Assembly: GCA_965248355.1 (NCBI GenBank)
Contig: OZ252098.1
Coordinates: forward strand, 1,184,001 to 1,248,000
Origin: Candidatus Latescibacterota bacterium
Lineage (GTDB): Bacteria; Latescibacterota; UBA2968; UBA8231
Direction: 5' to 3'
Length of the DNA: 64,000 nucleotides
A program made the translations under genes and the position numbers. Of the stretch, positions 34,424-48,270 are shown piece by piece. The notes under the pieces were generated by a model. The model searched no databases. It saw only the letters and a program-made list of their open reading frames with translations, and was not told where the DNA came from. Every line of letters starts with the position of its first letter. Position 1 is the stretch's first letter.

Positions 34424-34540
34424 CTACCCCTGGCGTTGCTTGTGCCGGGGATTGCGCTTGCAGATGACGCGCACCACGCCGTGACGGCGGATGACCTTGC
34501 AGTCGGCGCAACGCTTGGATACGGATGCTCGGACCTTCAT
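34424..34540 (-). CDS. rpmJ: 50S ribosomal protein L36
   Basis: Not in ORF track; manual translation [38 protein letters not shown]. Confidence 0.97.
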   Translation of the reverse strand: MKVRASVSKRCADCKVIRRHGVVRVICKRNPRHKQRQG

Positions 34541-34565
34541 GGCGAACCCCTTGTTGCGCGAGCCG

Positions 34566-35900
<1,335 letters not shown>

Positions 35901-35907
35901 GCCGGAC

Positions 35908-36372
35908 TCAGCTCGCCTTCTCGGCCAGGGTTTCGAAGGAACCGCCGGCGGATTCGATCTTCTCCCGCGCCGCCCGGGAGGCGGCGTGGGCCCGCAGGAC
36001 GAGCGGATTGGTCAACTCGCCGTCGCCGAGGATCTTCACCCGATCGGTTGCCTTGCGGACCAGCCCCGCCCGGGCGAGCTCGGCTGTACCTATCTCCCCG
36101 GAGAGTCCAGCCCCCTGGATGGCTCCCACGTTGACGATCTGGTATTCCACCCGGAATCTCTGGTTCGAGAATCCGACCTTCGGCAGACGGCGGTGCAGGG
36201 GCATCTGCCCTCCCTCGAAGCCTGTGCGACGGCCTCGACGGGCGCCGGAACGAGAGCGCTGGCCATTGTGGCCGCGGCCGGCGGTCTTGCCCCTGCCAGA
36301 GCCCGGGCCTTTCCCCTTCCGGGTGGCCGACCGGCGGGAGCCGGGCGGGGGACTCAGTTCTCCTAGTCGCAT
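35908..36372 (-). CDS. rplO: 50S ribosomal protein L15
   Basis: GKTAGRGHNGQ, GFEGGQMPLHRRLPK.GF. Confidence 0.97.
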   Translation of the reverse strand: MRLGELSPPPGSRRSATRKGKGPGSGRGKTAGRGHNGQRSRSGARRGRRTGFEGGQMPLHRRLPKVGFSNQRFRVEYQIVNVGAIQGAGLSGEIGTAELARAGLVRKATDRVKILGDGELTNPLVLRAHAASRAAREKIESAGGSFETLAEKAS

Positions 36373-36385
36373 GGTCGCCGCTCCT

Positions 36386-36571
36386 TCAGGGCCCTTCCTG
36401 TTCCACTACCTCGACGAGGTGCACCACCTTCGCGAGCATACCGCGGATCTGCGGAGTGTCCTCGTGGAGGACGACCTGGTGCAGCCGCCGGATGCCCAGG
36501 GCACGGATCGTGCGCTGCTGCTTGCGGGAACGCCCTATGGCGCTGCGCCGCTGCGTGATGGCGAGCTTCAC
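36386..36571 (-). CDS. rpmD: 50S ribosomal protein L30
   Basis: RSAIGR, LGIRR, TPQIRGM..KV.HLV. Confidence 0.95.
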   Translation of the reverse strand: MKLAITQRRSAIGRSRKQQRTIRALGIRRLHQVVLHEDTPQIRGMLAKVVHLVEVVEQEGP

Positions 36572-37074
36572 CGCAAGCTCTCCACGGCCACTCCCCGAAT
36601 GCGGGCCACCTCCTCGGCATCGCGCAGGTGGCGCAATCCGTCGAGGGTGGCCTTGATGGTATTGTGCGAGTTGCCCGATCCGAGGGACTTGGTGAGGATG
36701 TCACTGATACCCGCCAGGTCGAGAACGATCCGGACGCCGCCGCTGGCGATCACCCCGGTTCCGGGAGAGGCCGGCTTCAGCAGCACGCGGGCGGCGCCGA
36801 ATCGACCGATGATCTCATGGGGGATCGTTCCCAGGGCGACGGGGATGCGGAGGATCTCCTTCTTCGCCTCCTCCGTGGCCTTGCGGATGGCCTCAGCCAC
36901 CTCCCCCGCCTTGCCTGCACCCACGCCCACGTGTCCAGCGCGGTCCCCGGCCACGACCATGGCGGTGAAGGAGAAGTTCCTGCCTCCCTTGCGCACGTGG
37001 GAGACACGTCGCACGCTGTTCTGAACGACCACCTCTGTGAGCTCAAGGTTGCTTGCGTCGATTCGGGATGCCAT
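36568..37074 (-). CDS. rpsE: 30S ribosomal protein S5
   Basis: [30 protein letters not shown]. Confidence 0.97.
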   Translation of the reverse strand: MASRIDASNLELTEVVVQNSVRRVSHVRKGGRNFSFTAMVVAGDRAGHVGVGAGKAGEVAEAIRKATEEAKKEILRIPVALGTIPHEIIGRFGAARVLLKPASPGTGVIASGGVRIVLDLAGISDILTKSLGSGNSHNTIKATLDGLRHLRDAEEVARIRGVAVESLR

Positions 37075-37096
37075 TCTCTCTCTCGATCTCAGTCGC

Positions 37097-37459
37097 TTAG
37101 AACTTCAGGCCGCCCTCGCGAGCGCCTTCGGCGACAGCCCGCACGATGCCGTGATAGTGCAGTCCGGCCCGGTCGAAGACGACTCGCTCGACCCCCTTCT
37201 CCCGCGCCTTCGAGGCCAACAGACGGCCCAGCGCCTTGCCCTGCTCGAGGCGAGGACCGGAGCGCTCGAAATCCTTCGCCAGCGTCGACAGGCCGACGAC
37301 GGAATGACCGGCCAGATCGTCGATGATCTGCGCCTCGATGTTCCGCAGGCTCCTGTGAACCACCAGACGGGGCCGCTCCCGGGTTCCCACCACCTTCTTG
37401 CGGATTCGAAACCGCCGCCGCTGACGAGCGGCGCCCTTCCTCTGTTGCTTGGTGGCCAT
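37097..37459 (-). CDS. rplR: 50S ribosomal protein L18
   Basis: [19 protein letters not shown]...[11 protein letters not shown]. Confidence 0.96.
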   Translation of the reverse strand: MATKQQRKGAARQRRRFRIRKKVVGTRERPRLVVHRSLRNIEAQIIDDLAGHSVVGLSTLAKDFERSGPRLEQGKALGRLLASKAREKGVERVVFDRAGLHYHGIVRAVAEGAREGGLKF

Positions 37460-38016
37460 CAGGCAACCGCCGACTTTCCGGCCTTCCAGTGAATGACCTC
37501 GTTCTCGTAGCGAATCCCCTTCCCCTTGTAGGGATCGGGCTTGCGCTTCTGGCGGATCTCCGCGGCCACTTGCCCCACCTTCTGCTTGTCGATGCCGGTG
37601 ACGACGATGCGCGCCTGGGCGCCGGCCACGGGGTTGGTGATGGCTAGGTCCACTCCCGGGGGCGGCTCGTAGTCGACCTGGTGCGAGTAGCCCACGTTCA
37701 GCCTCAACGTTCCTCCCTGGACCTCGGCGCGGTAACCCACGCCGAACAACTCCAGGTTCTTTGAGAACCCCAGGGTGACGCCCTCCACGGCGTTGGCCAC
37801 CAGCGACCGGGTCAATCCGTGCAAGGCCATGGCCTCCTTGGTCTCCCTCTCGCGCCCGACCACCACCTCCTGGCCGGTGACGGCCACCTCGATGAAATCG
37901 GTGCGATAGTCGAGAGCCAGTGCTCCCTTTGGTCCCTTCACCTTCACCTGCCCCCCCTGGACACTCACCTCGACCCCCTGGGGAAGGGGGATGGGTTGTT
38001 TGCCTACGCGTGACAT
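37459..38016 (-). CDS. rplF: 50S ribosomal protein L6
   Basis: MSRVGKQPI, GVGYRA, PDPYKGKGIRY. Confidence 0.98.
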   Translation of the reverse strand: MSRVGKQPIPLPQGVEVSVQGGQVKVKGPKGALALDYRTDFIEVAVTGQEVVVGRERETKEAMALHGLTRSLVANAVEGVTLGFSKNLELFGVGYRAEVQGGTLRLNVGYSHQVDYEPPPGVDLAITNPVAGAQARIVVTGIDKQKVGQVAAEIRQKRKPDPYKGKGIRYENEVIHWKAGKSAVA

Positions 38017-38032
38017 GGTCGGCTCCGAGTCG

Positions 38033-38431
38033 CTACCACACGCTGCACAGGACTTCGCCGCCGATCCCGGCCCGGCGCGCGTCGCGGTCGGTCATGACAC
38101 CTCGCGAGGTGGAGAGGATGGCCACGCCCAGACCCCGCCGGACCCGCGGCAATCCATCCTTCGCGGCGTACTGCCGCAAACCCGGTCTGCTGAGACGGCG
38201 AATCCCCTGGATGATGCTCTCGTTGGACCCGTCGTAGCGCAGATAGAGGCGCAACTGGCCCTGCTTGCCGTCGTCGTAAAAGGCGAAGTTGTCGATGAAG
38301 CGCTCCTCCGCCAGGACGCGGGCGATTTCTCGCTTGAGTCGCGAGGCGGGGATCTCGACGCTGCGGTGCCCGGCCTGGGCGGCATTGCGGATCCGGGTCA
38401 ACAGGTCGGCGATGGGGTCGGTCATGCTCAT
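38033..38431 (-). CDS. rpsH: 30S ribosomal protein S8
   Basis: [35 protein letters not shown]. Confidence 0.98.
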   Translation of the reverse strand: MSMTDPIADLLTRIRNAAQAGHRSVEIPASRLKREIARVLAEERFIDNFAFYDDGKQGQLRLYLRYDGSNESIIQGIRRLSRPGLRQYAAKDGLPRVRRGLGVAILSTSRGVMTDRDARRAGIGGEVLCSVW

Positions 38432-38441
38432 GGCCGGCTGC

Positions 38442-38627
38442 CTACCAACTCGCCTTGGTCACACCGGGGATCTCGCCCCGCAGTGCCAACTCGCGGAAGC
38501 AGATCCGGCACAGGGCGAACTTGCGGTAGACGGCTCGAGGTCGACCGCAGCGCTGGCACCTCGTGTACTTCCGGACCTTGAATCTCGGCTCGCGGGCCGC
38601 CTTGATCATCAGGCACTTCTTGGGCAT
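38442..38627 (-). CDS. rpsN: 30S ribosomal protein S14 (short Zn-binding type Z)
   Basis: RCQRCGRP...[20 protein letters not shown]. Confidence 0.97.
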   Translation of the reverse strand: MPKKCLMIKAAREPRFKVRKYTRCQRCGRPRAVYRKFALCRICFRELALRGEIPGVTKASW

Positions 38628-38644
38628 TCGCTCTCCAAGTCCGT

Positions 38645-39190
38645 TCAGTTGCTGAAGGGCACGCCGAACTGGCGAAGGAGTTCCTTGGCTTCCTCGTCGG
38701 TGCGCGCGCTCGTGACGAAGGTGATGTTCATGCCGCGGATCTGGTCGACCCGGTCATAGACGATCTCGGGAAAGATGATCTGTTCCCGGATGCCCAGATT
38801 GTAGTTGCCGCGGCCGTCGAACCCCTTGGAGGGAACACCGCGGAAGTCGCGCGACTGAGGCAGGGCGAAATTGACGAGACGATCGAAGAACTCGTACATC
38901 CGCTCGCGGCGCAGGGTCACCACGGCGCCGATGGGCATCCCTTGGCGCAGCTTGAAGTTGGAGATCGCCTTTTTCGAGCGCCGCAACGCCGGCTTCTGAC
39001 CGCTGATAGCCGTCAACTCGCCCAGCACCGTATCGAGGACCTTCGGTTCCTGTACCGCCTCTCCCACGCCCGCATTGATGACGATCTTCTCCAGCTGCGG
39101 GACCTCCATTGGGTTCGCGTATTCGAAGCGCTCGCGCAGGGCGGGGGCGACCTGGCTCCTGTAGTGTTCCTTGAGTCGTGCCGTGGCCAT
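38645..39190 (-). CDS. rplE: 50S ribosomal protein L5
   Basis: [29 protein letters not shown]. Confidence 0.98.
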   Translation of the reverse strand: MATARLKEHYRSQVAPALRERFEYANPMEVPQLEKIVINAGVGEAVQEPKVLDTVLGELTAISGQKPALRRSKKAISNFKLRQGMPIGAVVTLRRERMYEFFDRLVNFALPQSRDFRGVPSKGFDGRGNYNLGIREQIIFPEIVYDRVDQIRGMNITFVTSARTDEEAKELLRQFGVPFSN

Positions 39191-39202
39191 TCCGTGGACC
39201 CT

Positions 39203-39520
39203 CTATTGAGAATCGATCATCTCGCCGCTGCGAGCGGCGACGCGGACAGTGCGGCCATCGTCGAGGGACCGCCGACGGACACGCGTTGGCGCATCGGTCT
39301 TCGGATCGACGACCATGACGTTGGATACGTGGATCGGGGCCTCGCGCTCGACGATTCCGCCCTGAGGATCGCGCTGGGTGGGCTTGGTGTGCTTCTTCAT
39401 CATGCGCACGCCTTCGACGATAACGCGGTCCTGGTCGGGATAGACGCGCAGCACGCGGCCCCTCCGGCCCTTGTCGTTGCCGCCGATGATCAGGACCATG
39501 TCGTCTTTCTTGACCTTCAT
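39203..39520 (-). CDS. rplX: 50S ribosomal protein L24
   Basis: G.DKG..G.V, KKH.KP, EAPIHVSNV. Confidence 0.97.
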   Translation of the reverse strand: MKVKKDDMVLIIGGNDKGRRGRVLRVYPDQDRVIVEGVRMMKKHTKPTQRDPQGGIVEREAPIHVSNVMVVDPKTDAPTRVRRRSLDDGRTVRVAARSGEMIDSQ

Positions 39521-39524
39521 CGCT

Positions 39525-39893
39525 CTAGACCACCTCGGGCGCGAGGGAGACGATCCGCATGAACTGTCGGTCCCGAAGCTCGCGCGCCACGGGTCCGAAG
39601 ATGCGCGTACCCCGGGGCTCGTTGTTCTGATCGACCAAGACGGCGGCGTTGTCGTCGAAGCGGATGTATGAGCCGTCCGGGCGCCGGAACTCCTTCTTCG
39701 TGCGCACCACCACCGCCCGGGCCACTTCCCCCTCCTTGAGGGGGCCGTTGGGGATCACGTCGTGGACGGCCACGACCACCAAGTCGCCCACGCCCGCATA
39801 GCGACGCTTGGAGCCGCCGAGCACACGGATGCACTTGGCTCTGCGCGCGCCGGCGTTGTCGGCCATGCGCAGGATGGAGTATTCGTGGACCAC
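39525..39893 (-). CDS. rplN: 50S ribosomal protein L14
   Basis: [31 protein letters not shown]. Confidence 0.97.
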   Translation of the reverse strand: MVHEYSILRMADNAGARRAKCIRVLGGSKRRYAGVGDLVVVAVHDVIPNGPLKEGEVARAVVVRTKKEFRRPDGSYIRFDDNAAVLVDQNNEPRGTRIFGPVARELRDRQFMRIVSLAPEVV

Positions 39894-39896
39894 GGC

Positions 39897-40163
39897 TCAA
39901 CCGGCCTTCTGAATGATCTCGACCAAGCGCCAGCGCTTGGTCTTGCTCAGGGGCCGGCACTCGCGGATACGGACCATGTCTCCCACGCCCGACTCGTTGC
40001 GCTCGTCGTGGGTCACGGCCCTTGTGGTGCGCGAGATGCCCTTGCCGTACAGCCGGTGGGAGGACCGGATCTCGATGGCCACAACGCGCGTCTTCTCGGT
40101 GCTGGCCTTGACGACGCGACCCTCCGCCAGGCGACCTCCGAATGTTCTCTTCCCCTCCTCCAT
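39897..40163 (-). CDS. rpsQ: 30S ribosomal protein S17 (divergent)
   Basis: H.LYGK, HDE.N, GD.V.I.ECRPLSKTKRW; start ATG 40163. Confidence 0.93.
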   Translation of the reverse strand: MEEGKRTFGGRLAEGRVVKASTEKTRVVAIEIRSSHRLYGKGISRTTRAVTHDERNESGVGDMVRIRECRPLSKTKRWRLVEIIQKAG

Positions 40164-40170
40164 GAATTCC

Positions 40171-40407
40171 TCAGGCTGGTTGTATGTCGCCGGCGTCGGC
40201 ACCCGCCACGGGCCGAATCCCCGTCCTGCTCTCGTGGAGCAAGGTGTGCACCCGGGCGATCTCCCGGCGCACTTGGCGCAGCCGGATGGGGCTGCTCAAC
40301 TGACCGAGGGTGTGTTGGAAGCGCAGGTTGAAGCTCTCCTCTTCGAGTTCCTCGAGTCGCGTGTTCAATTCTTCGACGTTCTGCTCTCTCAGCTCACTCG
40401 CCTTCAT
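40171..40407 (-). CDS. rpmC: 50S ribosomal protein L29
   Basis: [22 protein letters not shown]. Confidence 0.95.
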   Translation of the reverse strand: MKASELREQNVEELNTRLEELEEESFNLRFQHTLGQLSSPIRLRQVRREIARVHTLLHESRTGIRPVAGADAGDIQPA

Positions 40408-40414
40408 GGGATCC

Positions 40415-40825
40415 TCAACCGAGGCGCTCGACGAACTTCGTCTTGATGGGCAGCTTGTGACCAGCCCGGCGCAGGGCCTCCTTGGCCATCTCGGGGGTGA
40501 CACCCGACAACTCGAACATGACGCGACCCGGCTTGACCACGGCCACCCAGTCCTCGGGGGCTCCCTTGCCCTTTCCCATGCGCGTCTCTGCCGGCTTCTT
40601 CGTCAACGGCTTGTCGGGGAAGATGCGAATCCACAGCTTGCCCGTGCGGCTCATGGCTCGGCTGATGGCCACCCGGGCCGCCTCGATCTGGCGGCTGGTG
40701 ATCCAGCCCGGCTCGAGGGCCTTGAGGCCGAACTCCCCGAAGGAGACCAGCGCCCCGCCCTTCGTCTGGCCGCGCATGCGGCCTCGGGACTGCTTGCGCC
40801 ACTCGACCTTCTTCGGCATCAACAT
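40415..40825 (-). CDS. rplP: 50S ribosomal protein L16
   Basis: QIEAAR, RIFPDKP, RMGKGKG, KLPIKT. Confidence 0.98.
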   Translation of the reverse strand: MLMPKKVEWRKQSRGRMRGQTKGGALVSFGEFGLKALEPGWITSRQIEAARVAISRAMSRTGKLWIRIFPDKPLTKKPAETRMGKGKGAPEDWVAVVKPGRVMFELSGVTPEMAKEALRRAGHKLPIKTKFVERLG

Positions 40826-40862
40826 GGAGTGTCCGCTCCTTGTTGCGCGTCATTCCTCGGTC

Positions 40863-41492
40863 TCAATCGACCATCTCACCGTGACAGATCCACACCTTGA
40901 CACCCACGGTACCCGAAACGGTGAAGGCCGTCGACCTGGCGAAGTCGATGTCGGACCGGAGGGTGTGGAGCGGCACCCGGCCCGCCGGCTCCGAGCGCTC
41001 CCGGCGCGACATCTCGGAACCGCCGATGCGTCCGGCGCACTCGATGCGGATGCCCTCCGCCCCCATGCGCATGGACGAGGCCACGGATTTCTTGATCGAT
41101 CGGCGGAAGGCCACCCGCTGCTCGAGCTGCCGGGCCAGGTTGTCGGCCACCAGTTGGGCGTCGAGCTCGGGTTTCTTGACCTCCTGGATATTCAGGGTCA
41201 CGTCCTTCTGCGTCAGCGTCTTCAACTCGTCCCGAAGCTTGTCCACCTCGGCGCCGCGGCGGCCGATGGCGATGCCCGGGCGCGCCGTATGCACCTCGAT
41301 GGTGACCCGCTTCGGGTGGCGCTCGATGTTGACGCGGGAAACCCCGGCCCGCTGCAGGCGCTGGCGGATGTAACGGCGCAGGGTGATGTCCTCTCCCAGA
41401 AGTCCGGAGAAATCCCGCTCAGCGAACCAGTTCGAGCTCCAGGTCTTGATGATGCCCAGGCGCAAACCGTAGGGATGCGTTTTCTGACCCAA
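40863..41492 (-). CDS. rpsC: 30S ribosomal protein S3
   Basis: [35 protein letters not shown]. Confidence 0.98.
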   Translation of the reverse strand: MGQKTHPYGLRLGIIKTWSSNWFAERDFSGLLGEDITLRRYIRQRLQRAGVSRVNIERHPKRVTIEVHTARPGIAIGRRGAEVDKLRDELKTLTQKDVTLNIQEVKKPELDAQLVADNLARQLEQRVAFRRSIKKSVASSMRMGAEGIRIECAGRIGGSEMSRRERSEPAGRVPLHTLRSDIDFARSTAFTVSGTVGVKVWICHGEMVD

Positions 41493-41503
41493 GTTTCCCT
41501 TCC

Positions 41504-41920
41504 TTACTCGTCCACGGGGGGAGCGGTCTCTTCGGGCTCCTCGTCCGGGGCCACCGGCACCCCGTCGGGACGGCCATCGGAGACGACGATGGTGAGGTGG
41601 CTCTGGCGCTTCAGGATCCGGTTCGCGGCCCCCCGGGCGCGCGGGCGAAGGCGTTTCACGGTCCGGCCCTGGTCGGCGTACACCCGGTGGATGAAGAGCT
41701 CCTCCACCTGCGGGGCGGCGTCGGCCTCCTCGTCCTCCCGGACCGTGGCGTTGGCGATGGCGGATCGCAAGGTTTTCTCGGCAACGCGGGCGGCGAGTCG
41801 GGGGGTAAACTGCAATAAGGCCAAGGCCTCCTCCACCGGCTTGCCGCGGATCAGGTCAATGACTTGGCGCATCTTTGTGGCCGGGATGCCGATGTGCCTG
41901 TGTATGGCGCGCGCTTCCAC
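41504..41920 (-). CDS. rplV: 50S ribosomal protein L22
   Basis: GTG 41920; [29 protein letters not shown]. Confidence 0.95.
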   Translation of the reverse strand: MEARAIHRHIGIPATKMRQVIDLIRGKPVEEALALLQFTPRLAARVAEKTLRSAIANATVREDEEADAAPQVEELFIHRVYADQGRTVKRLRPRARGAANRILKRQSHLTIVVSDGRPDGVPVAPDEEPEETAPPVDE

Positions 41921-41921
41921 G

Positions 41922-42209
41922 TTATCGGACGCCGGTGGTGCGCTCGCTGGACCGCCCCCCGTGACTGCGGAAGGTCCGGGTAGGGGCGAACTCGCCGAGC
42001 TTGTGTCCCACCATGTTCTCCGTGATGTATACCGGGATGAATTTGTTGCCGTTGTGCACCGCAAGGGTGTGTCCCACAAAGTCGGGGGTGATAGTAGAAC
42101 GCCTCGACCAAGTGCGCAGGACCTTCCTGTCCCCGGTCTTGTTCATGACCTCGATCTTCTCGGCGAGATGGTCATCCACGAAGGGACCTTTCTTGATCGA
42201 CCGTGCCAC
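41922..42209 (-). CDS. rpsS: 30S ribosomal protein S19
   Basis: [25 protein letters not shown]. Confidence 0.98.
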   Translation of the reverse strand: MARSIKKGPFVDDHLAEKIEVMNKTGDRKVLRTWSRRSTITPDFVGHTLAVHNGNKFIPVYITENMVGHKLGEFAPTRTFRSHGGRSSERTTGVR

Positions 42210-42228
42210 TTCGTCTTCCCTCCCTTGC

Positions 42229-43065
42229 TTACCTGCGGTTCCGTCGGCGCACGATCCAGGCGTTGGACGCCTTCTTGCGCTTCCGGGTCTTGTAGCCCTT
42301 TGTCGGCTTGCCCCAAGGCGTGACCGGATGGCGCCCGCCGGAGGACTTCCCCTCGCCTCCGCCGTGGGGATGGTCCACCGGGTTCATGACCACCCCGCGG
42401 ACCTTCGGCCGCCGGCCGAGCCAGCGAGCCCGGCCGGCCTTGCCCAGCACCACGTTCTGATGGTCGACGTTGCCCACTTGGCCGATCGTGGCCTGACAGA
42501 TGCTCAGGACCTCCCGGATCTCACCCGAGGGCAGGCGGAGCTGAACCCGGCCATCCTCCTCGTCCCGTCCCATGATCTGAACCTCTGAGCCCGCACTGCG
42601 GGCCATGCGGCCACCCTGGCCGGGGTTCAACTCCACGTTGTGGACGGTGGTGCCCACCGGAATCCGCAACAGGGGCAGGGCATTGCCCAGGGCGATGGGG
42701 GCCTCCGCTCCGGCCTGTACCGTGGCGCCCACGGACAGGCCGTTGGGGGCGAGGATGTACCGCCTGTCGCCGTCGCGGTAGATGACCAGGGCGATGAAGG
42801 CGGAGCGGTTGGGATCGTACTCGATGCTGGCGACGCGACCCGGCACGCCGTGGTTGTTGCGGCGGAAATCGATCCTGCGGTAACGCCGCTTGTGCCCGCC
42901 ACCCCGCCGCCGGGCGGTGATCCGTCCGCGGCTGTTGCGTCCGCCGGACTTGGAGAGGGGCGCCGTAAGGGACTTCTCGGGGCCCTCGGTGGTGACTTCG
43001 GCAAAGGCGTTGACCGATTTGAAGCGCTGTGTCGGCGTGACGGGTCGGAACCTCTTGATCGGCAT
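42229..43065 (-). CDS. rplB: 50S ribosomal protein L2
   Basis: [30 protein letters not shown]. Confidence 0.99.
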   Translation of the reverse strand: MPIKRFRPVTPTQRFKSVNAFAEVTTEGPEKSLTAPLSKSGGRNSRGRITARRRGGGHKRRYRRIDFRRNNHGVPGRVASIEYDPNRSAFIALVIYRDGDRRYILAPNGLSVGATVQAGAEAPIALGNALPLLRIPVGTTVHNVELNPGQGGRMARSAGSEVQIMGRDEEDGRVQLRLPSGEIREVLSICQATIGQVGNVDHQNVVLGKAGRARWLGRRPKVRGVVMNPVDHPHGGGEGKSSGGRHPVTPWGKPTKGYKTRKRKKASNAWIVRRRNRR

Positions 43066-43080
43066 CTTGGATCTCGCGAA

Positions 43081-43368
43081 CTAGAGGTTCTCGATGAGCT
43101 CGATGGAGTCGCCGGCCCGCAACTTGACGTAGGCCTTCTTCCAGGCCGAAGTGTAGCCCTTGTAGACGCCCTGGCGCTTCGGCTTGCGCCGGACGGCAAC
43201 CGTACGGACAGCCTCGACCTTGACGTCGAAGATCGACTCCACGGCCCGGCGGATCTGCACCTTGTTGGCCCGCGGGTCGACACGGAAGGTGTAGACATTG
43301 GCATCGCGCAGGGCCGTGGCCTTCTCGGTGATCACCGGAGTCCTGAGGATGCCGCGCATCCCTGCCAT
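43081..43368 (-). CDS. rplW: 50S ribosomal protein L23
   Basis: PVITEKA, ANK.QI..AVE..F.VKV, WKKAYV.L. Confidence 0.97.
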   Translation of the reverse strand: MAGMRGILRTPVITEKATALRDANVYTFRVDPRANKVQIRRAVESIFDVKVEAVRTVAVRRKPKRQGVYKGYTSAWKKAYVKLRAGDSIELIENL

Positions 43369-43370
43369 CC

Positions 43371-44039
43371 CTACCCCCTCTCCCCTGACTCGCCGGCCTC
43401 GGGGCCCGGCTCGCCGTGCACGGTGACCAGGGCGTCGACGGCGCCGCGAGTCAACAGCAGAGCCTCGGCGGCCAGCACCTCGTAGGTACCGAAAGTCGAG
43501 GCGGAGCGCACTTGAACGCCTGGGATGTTGCGACCGGACATGGCCAGGACCGGCTCGTTGGCGGCGGTGATGAAGAGAAGCTTCCGCCCCTGGAGACCGC
43601 AGGCCTTGAGCATGGCGGCGAAGGACTTCGTGCTCGGCTCTGCAAGCTCGAAGCCGTCCACCACCTGGACCTGCCCTTCCCGGCCCTTGGCGGTCAGCAC
43701 CGAGCGCAGGGCTTGGCGGCGGACCGAACGCTGCAGCCGCATGCCGTAGGAACGCCGCTTGGGCAGACCGAAAGCCACCCCCCCGCCGCGCAGGAGGTTG
43801 GTCGTCACCGAGCCGCGGCGGGCCTGGCCGGTGCCCTTCTGCCGGTGGTGCTTGCGCTTGGAACGGCTGACCTCCGAACGACCCTTCACCGAAGCGTTGC
43901 CTTGCCGCTGGTTGCTCTCGTAGGTGACCACCGCCCGGTGGACGGCGACCTCGGAGATAGGCGCCTCGAAGAGCTCCTCGGGAAGATCCACCGAACCCGA
44001 CCTTTCGCCCTTGGCGCTGAGGATATCGACGGAAGGCAT
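43371..44039 (-). CDS. rplD: 50S ribosomal protein L4
   Basis: ATG 44039; RQGNAS.K.RSEV, RQKGTG.AR.GS, RGGGVAFG, RNIPGV. Confidence 0.96.
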   Translation of the reverse strand: MPSVDILSAKGERSGSVDLPEELFEAPISEVAVHRAVVTYESNQRQGNASVKGRSEVSRSKRKHHRQKGTGQARRGSVTTNLLRGGGVAFGLPKRRSYGMRLQRSVRRQALRSVLTAKGREGQVQVVDGFELAEPSTKSFAAMLKACGLQGRKLLFITAANEPVLAMSGRNIPGVQVRSASTFGTYEVLAAEALLLTRGAVDALVTVHGEPGPEAGESGERG

Positions 44040-44041
44040 AC

Positions 44042-44350
44042 TCAGACCTTGATGTCGATGCCGATACCCGCGGGCAAATCGAGCTTCATAAGCGAATCCA
44101 CCGTCTGCGGCGTCGACTCGTAGATGTCGATCAACCGCTTGTGGACGCGCGTCTCGAACTGCTCCCGGGACTTCTTGTCCACGTGAGGCCCCCGCAGCAC
44201 GGTATACACGGTGCGCTGCGTGGGCAGCGGAACAGGACCCGCGATCCGGGCGCCACTGCGCCGCACGGTCTGGACGATCTCGTCCACCGAACGATCGAGA
44301 GCCGCATGGTCGTAGGCCTTCAGCCGGATGCGAATCCTGTCGACAGCCAC
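44042..44350 (-). CDS. rpsJ: 30S ribosomal protein S10
   Basis: [34 protein letters not shown]. Confidence 0.98.
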   Translation of the reverse strand: MAVDRIRIRLKAYDHAALDRSVDEIVQTVRRSGARIAGPVPLPTQRTVYTVLRGPHVDKKSREQFETRVHKRLIDIYESTPQTVDSLMKLDLPAGIGIDIKV

Positions 44351-44367
44351 CGAAGCGTCCTCCCCGA

Positions 44368-45558
<1,191 letters not shown>

Positions 45559-45617
45559 CTGGGCTTATCCTCTCTGGGGTCTGCGTGCGCGCTCGGGGCG
45601 CGCTGGTCTGCTGTCGT

Positions 45618-47714
45618 CTATGCCTTGGCTTCCTGGGTACCGCGAATCCGGGTGAAGATTTCGTCCATCACCGAGCGGGAGACCTCGCGGAAGTTGGCAA
45701 ACTGAAGGGTGAACACACCGCGCCCCTGGGTGAGGGAACGCAGTCGCGTGGCATATCCGAAAGTCTCTGCCAGCGGCACCTTGGCGCTGATCACCTGCGC
45801 GTCGGAGCGAGGATTGATGCCCGCCACATCGGCGCGGTGGGCATTGAGGTCGCCGATGACATCTCCGAGGTATTGCTCGGGCACGACGACCTCCAGATCC
45901 ATGATCGGCTCCATGAGGAAGGGGTGGGCCTTGGAGGCGCCATCCTTGAAGGCCATGGAGCCGGCCACCTTGAAGGCTATCTCCGAGGAGTCGACCTCGT
46001 GGAAGGAACCGTCCAGGAGCTGTACCCGCACGTCGTCGATGGGGTAGCCGGCCACCGGACCGTTCAGCATGGCCTCCTGGATGCCTTCCTTCACCGCAGG
46101 GATGTACTCTCGAGGCACGGCGCCCCCGACGATCTTGTTCTCGAAAATCAGGCCCGTCCCGGGCTCACCCGGATCCAGCTGGAGCTCGACGTGGCCGTAC
46201 TGGCCGCGCCCCCCCGACTGCCGGACGAACCGGCCCGAGGACCGCACGGAGCCGCGCAGGCCCTCCTTGTAGGCCACCTGCGGACGACCGACGTTGGCCT
46301 CGACCTTGAATTCGCGGAACAGGCGATCCACCAGGATCTCCAGGTGCAGTTCGCCCATGCCGGAGATCACCGTCTGGGCCGTCTCCGGATCAACCCGCAC
46401 CTGGAAGGTCGGATCCTCTTCGGCTAGCTTGGACAGGGCCCCCTGAAGGGATTCCTGATCGGCGCGGGTCTTCGGCTCGATGGCCACATGAACGACCGGT
46501 TTGTCGAACTCGATCTTCTCGAGGACCACCGGGTCCGCCTCATCGCACAGGGTGTCCCCCGTGGTGGTGTTCTTCAAGCCCACGACGGCGACGATGTCAC
46601 CGGCGTGCACCTCCCTCTTCTCAGTGCGATCATTGGCGTGCATCTCGAGAAGGCGGGAGGCCCGCTCCCGGCGGCCGGTGCTGACGTTGTAGACGTAGGT
46701 GCCGGCCCCGAGGGTGCCGGAATAGACCCGGATGAAGGACAGGCGACCCACGAAGGGGTCGGTCATGATCTTGAAAGCCAGAGCCGAGAACGGCTCTTCG
46801 TCGCGGGCCTGGCGCTCCACCTGCTCCTCGGAGTCGGGCCGATGCCCGGTGACGGCGGGAACGTCCGCCGGCGAGGGCAGATAGTCGACGACCGCGTCGA
46901 GCAGCCGCTGCACGCCCTTGTAGCGGAAGGCGGAGCCGCAGGTGACAGGCACCGCCCGGAGGGCGATGGTCGCCTTGCGCAGGGCGGCCATGATCTCCTC
47001 CGGTGCGATCTCGCCGCCCTCGAGGAACTTCTCCAGGAGTCCGTCGTCGAAGTCGGCCACGGCCTCCAGGAGATTCTCGCGGTACTGGAGGGCGGGCTCC
47101 AGGAGATCTTCGGGGATCTGGTCCTCGTGGAAGTTGGCCCCCAGAGAGGTTTCCTCGTAGGTGATCGCCCGCATGGAGACCAGATCGATGAGGCCGTTGA
47201 AGGTCTCGCCCGTACCGATGGGAAGCTGAATGGGAACGAAGTTGCTCCCCAGGCGCTCCTCGAGCATCTCCAGGACGCGGAAGAAGTCGGCCCCGTTGCG
47301 ATCCATCTTGTTGACGAAGGCGATGCGCGGAACCTCGTAACGGTCGGCCTGCCGCCAGACCGTCTCCGACTGAGGCTCCACTCCGCCCACGGCACAGAAC
47401 ACTCCCACGGCGCCGTCAAGGACGCGCAGGGAGCGCTCTACCTCGGCCGTGAAGTCCACGTGCCCCGGGGTATCGATGATGTTGATGCGGTGGCCGTTCC
47501 ACTCGCAGGCCGTGGCTGCCGAGGTGATCGTAATCCCCCGCTCGCGCTCCTGGTCCATCCAGTCCATGACCGTGTTGCCGTCATGGACCTCTCCCATGCG
47601 GTGCAGGCGGCCCGTGTAGTACAGAATGCGCTCGGTCGTCGTCGTCTTGCCCGCGTCGATATGGGCGGCGATGCCGATGTTGCGCGTCAGGTCGATACGG
47701 TGGGGGCGGGCCAT
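45618..47714 (-). CDS. fusA: Elongation factor G
   Basis: [40 protein letters not shown]. Confidence 0.99.
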   Translation of the reverse strand: MARPHRIDLTRNIGIAAHIDAGKTTTTERILYYTGRLHRMGEVHDGNTVMDWMDQERERGITITSAATACEWNGHRINIIDTPGHVDFTAEVERSLRVLDGAVGVFCAVGGVEPQSETVWRQADRYEVPRIAFVNKMDRNGADFFRVLEMLEERLGSNFVPIQLPIGTGETFNGLIDLVSMRAITYEETSLGANFHEDQIPEDLLEPALQYRENLLEAVADFDDGLLEKFLEGGEIAPEEIMAALRKATIALRAVPVTCGSAFRYKGVQRLLDAVVDYLPSPADVPAVTGHRPDSEEQVERQARDEEPFSALAFKIMTDPFVGRLSFIRVYSGTLGAGTYVYNVSTGRRERASRLLEMHANDRTEKREVHAGDIVAVVGLKNTTTGDTLCDEADPVVLEKIEFDKPVVHVAIEPKTRADQESLQGALSKLAEEDPTFQVRVDPETAQTVISGMGELHLEILVDRLFREFKVEANVGRPQVAYKEGLRGSVRSSGRFVRQSGGRGQYGHVELQLDPGEPGTGLIFENKIVGGAVPREYIPAVKEGIQEAMLNGPVAGYPIDDVRVQLLDGSFHEVDSSEIAFKVAGSMAFKDGASKAHPFLMEPIMDLEVVVPEQYLGDVIGDLNAHRADVAGINPRSDAQVISAKVPLAETFGYATRLRSLTQGRGVFTLQFANFREVSRSVMDEIFTRIRGTQEAKA

Positions 47715-47788
47715 GAGGGCAGCGGGTCGGATTCGGGGGATGGGAGGGGGATCGAATCGAAGAGAGAGTCAGCTCGGCGAGACGGTCG

Positions 47789-48259
47789 CTAAAACCGGTA
47801 GTGCGCGAAGGCCTTGTTGGCCTCCGCCATTCGGTGCACGTCGTCACGGGCGCGTATGGCGCCGCCCTCGCCGTTGGCTGCGGCAATCAACTCGTTGGCG
47901 AGGCGCTCGGCCATGGTGCGCTCGGAGCGCTCACGGGCGTAACGGATCAACCACTTGATCGAGCGCGTGGTACGTTCCTCGGGGCGCACCTCGAGTGGCA
48001 CCTGGAGGGTCTGCGAACCGACGCGGCGGGACTTGGTGATGACCATTGGCTTGCAGTTCTCGACCGCCTTGAGAAAGATGTCGAGCCCCTGCTGCTCGGA
48101 ACGGCCGGTGACCATGTCGATGGCAGAGTAGAAGATCTGTTCCGCCGTGCTCTTCTTGCCCTGCTTCATCAGGCAATTGATGAACCGCGTCGCCAGAGGA
48201 TTGTGATACTTGGGATCCGGGAGGATCTGGCGCTTCACCGCGCGGCGTCTGCGAGACAT
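47789..48259 (-). CDS. rpsG: 30S ribosomal protein S7
   Basis: ATG 48259; PDPKY, GKKS.AE, SRRVG, MAEANKAFAHYR. Confidence 0.97.
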   Translation of the reverse strand: MSRRRRAVKRQILPDPKYHNPLATRFINCLMKQGKKSTAEQIFYSAIDMVTGRSEQQGLDIFLKAVENCKPMVITKSRRVGSQTLQVPLEVRPEERTTRSIKWLIRYARERSERTMAERLANELIAAANGEGGAIRARDDVHRMAEANKAFAHYRF

Positions 48260-48270
48260 GGGGGCCCTGC

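Noticed and set aside
34541..34565. Absence of adk/map/infA between secY and rpmJ
   Set aside because: Direct secY-rpmJ adjacency is a known arrangement (e.g. E. coli), so it is not unusual.
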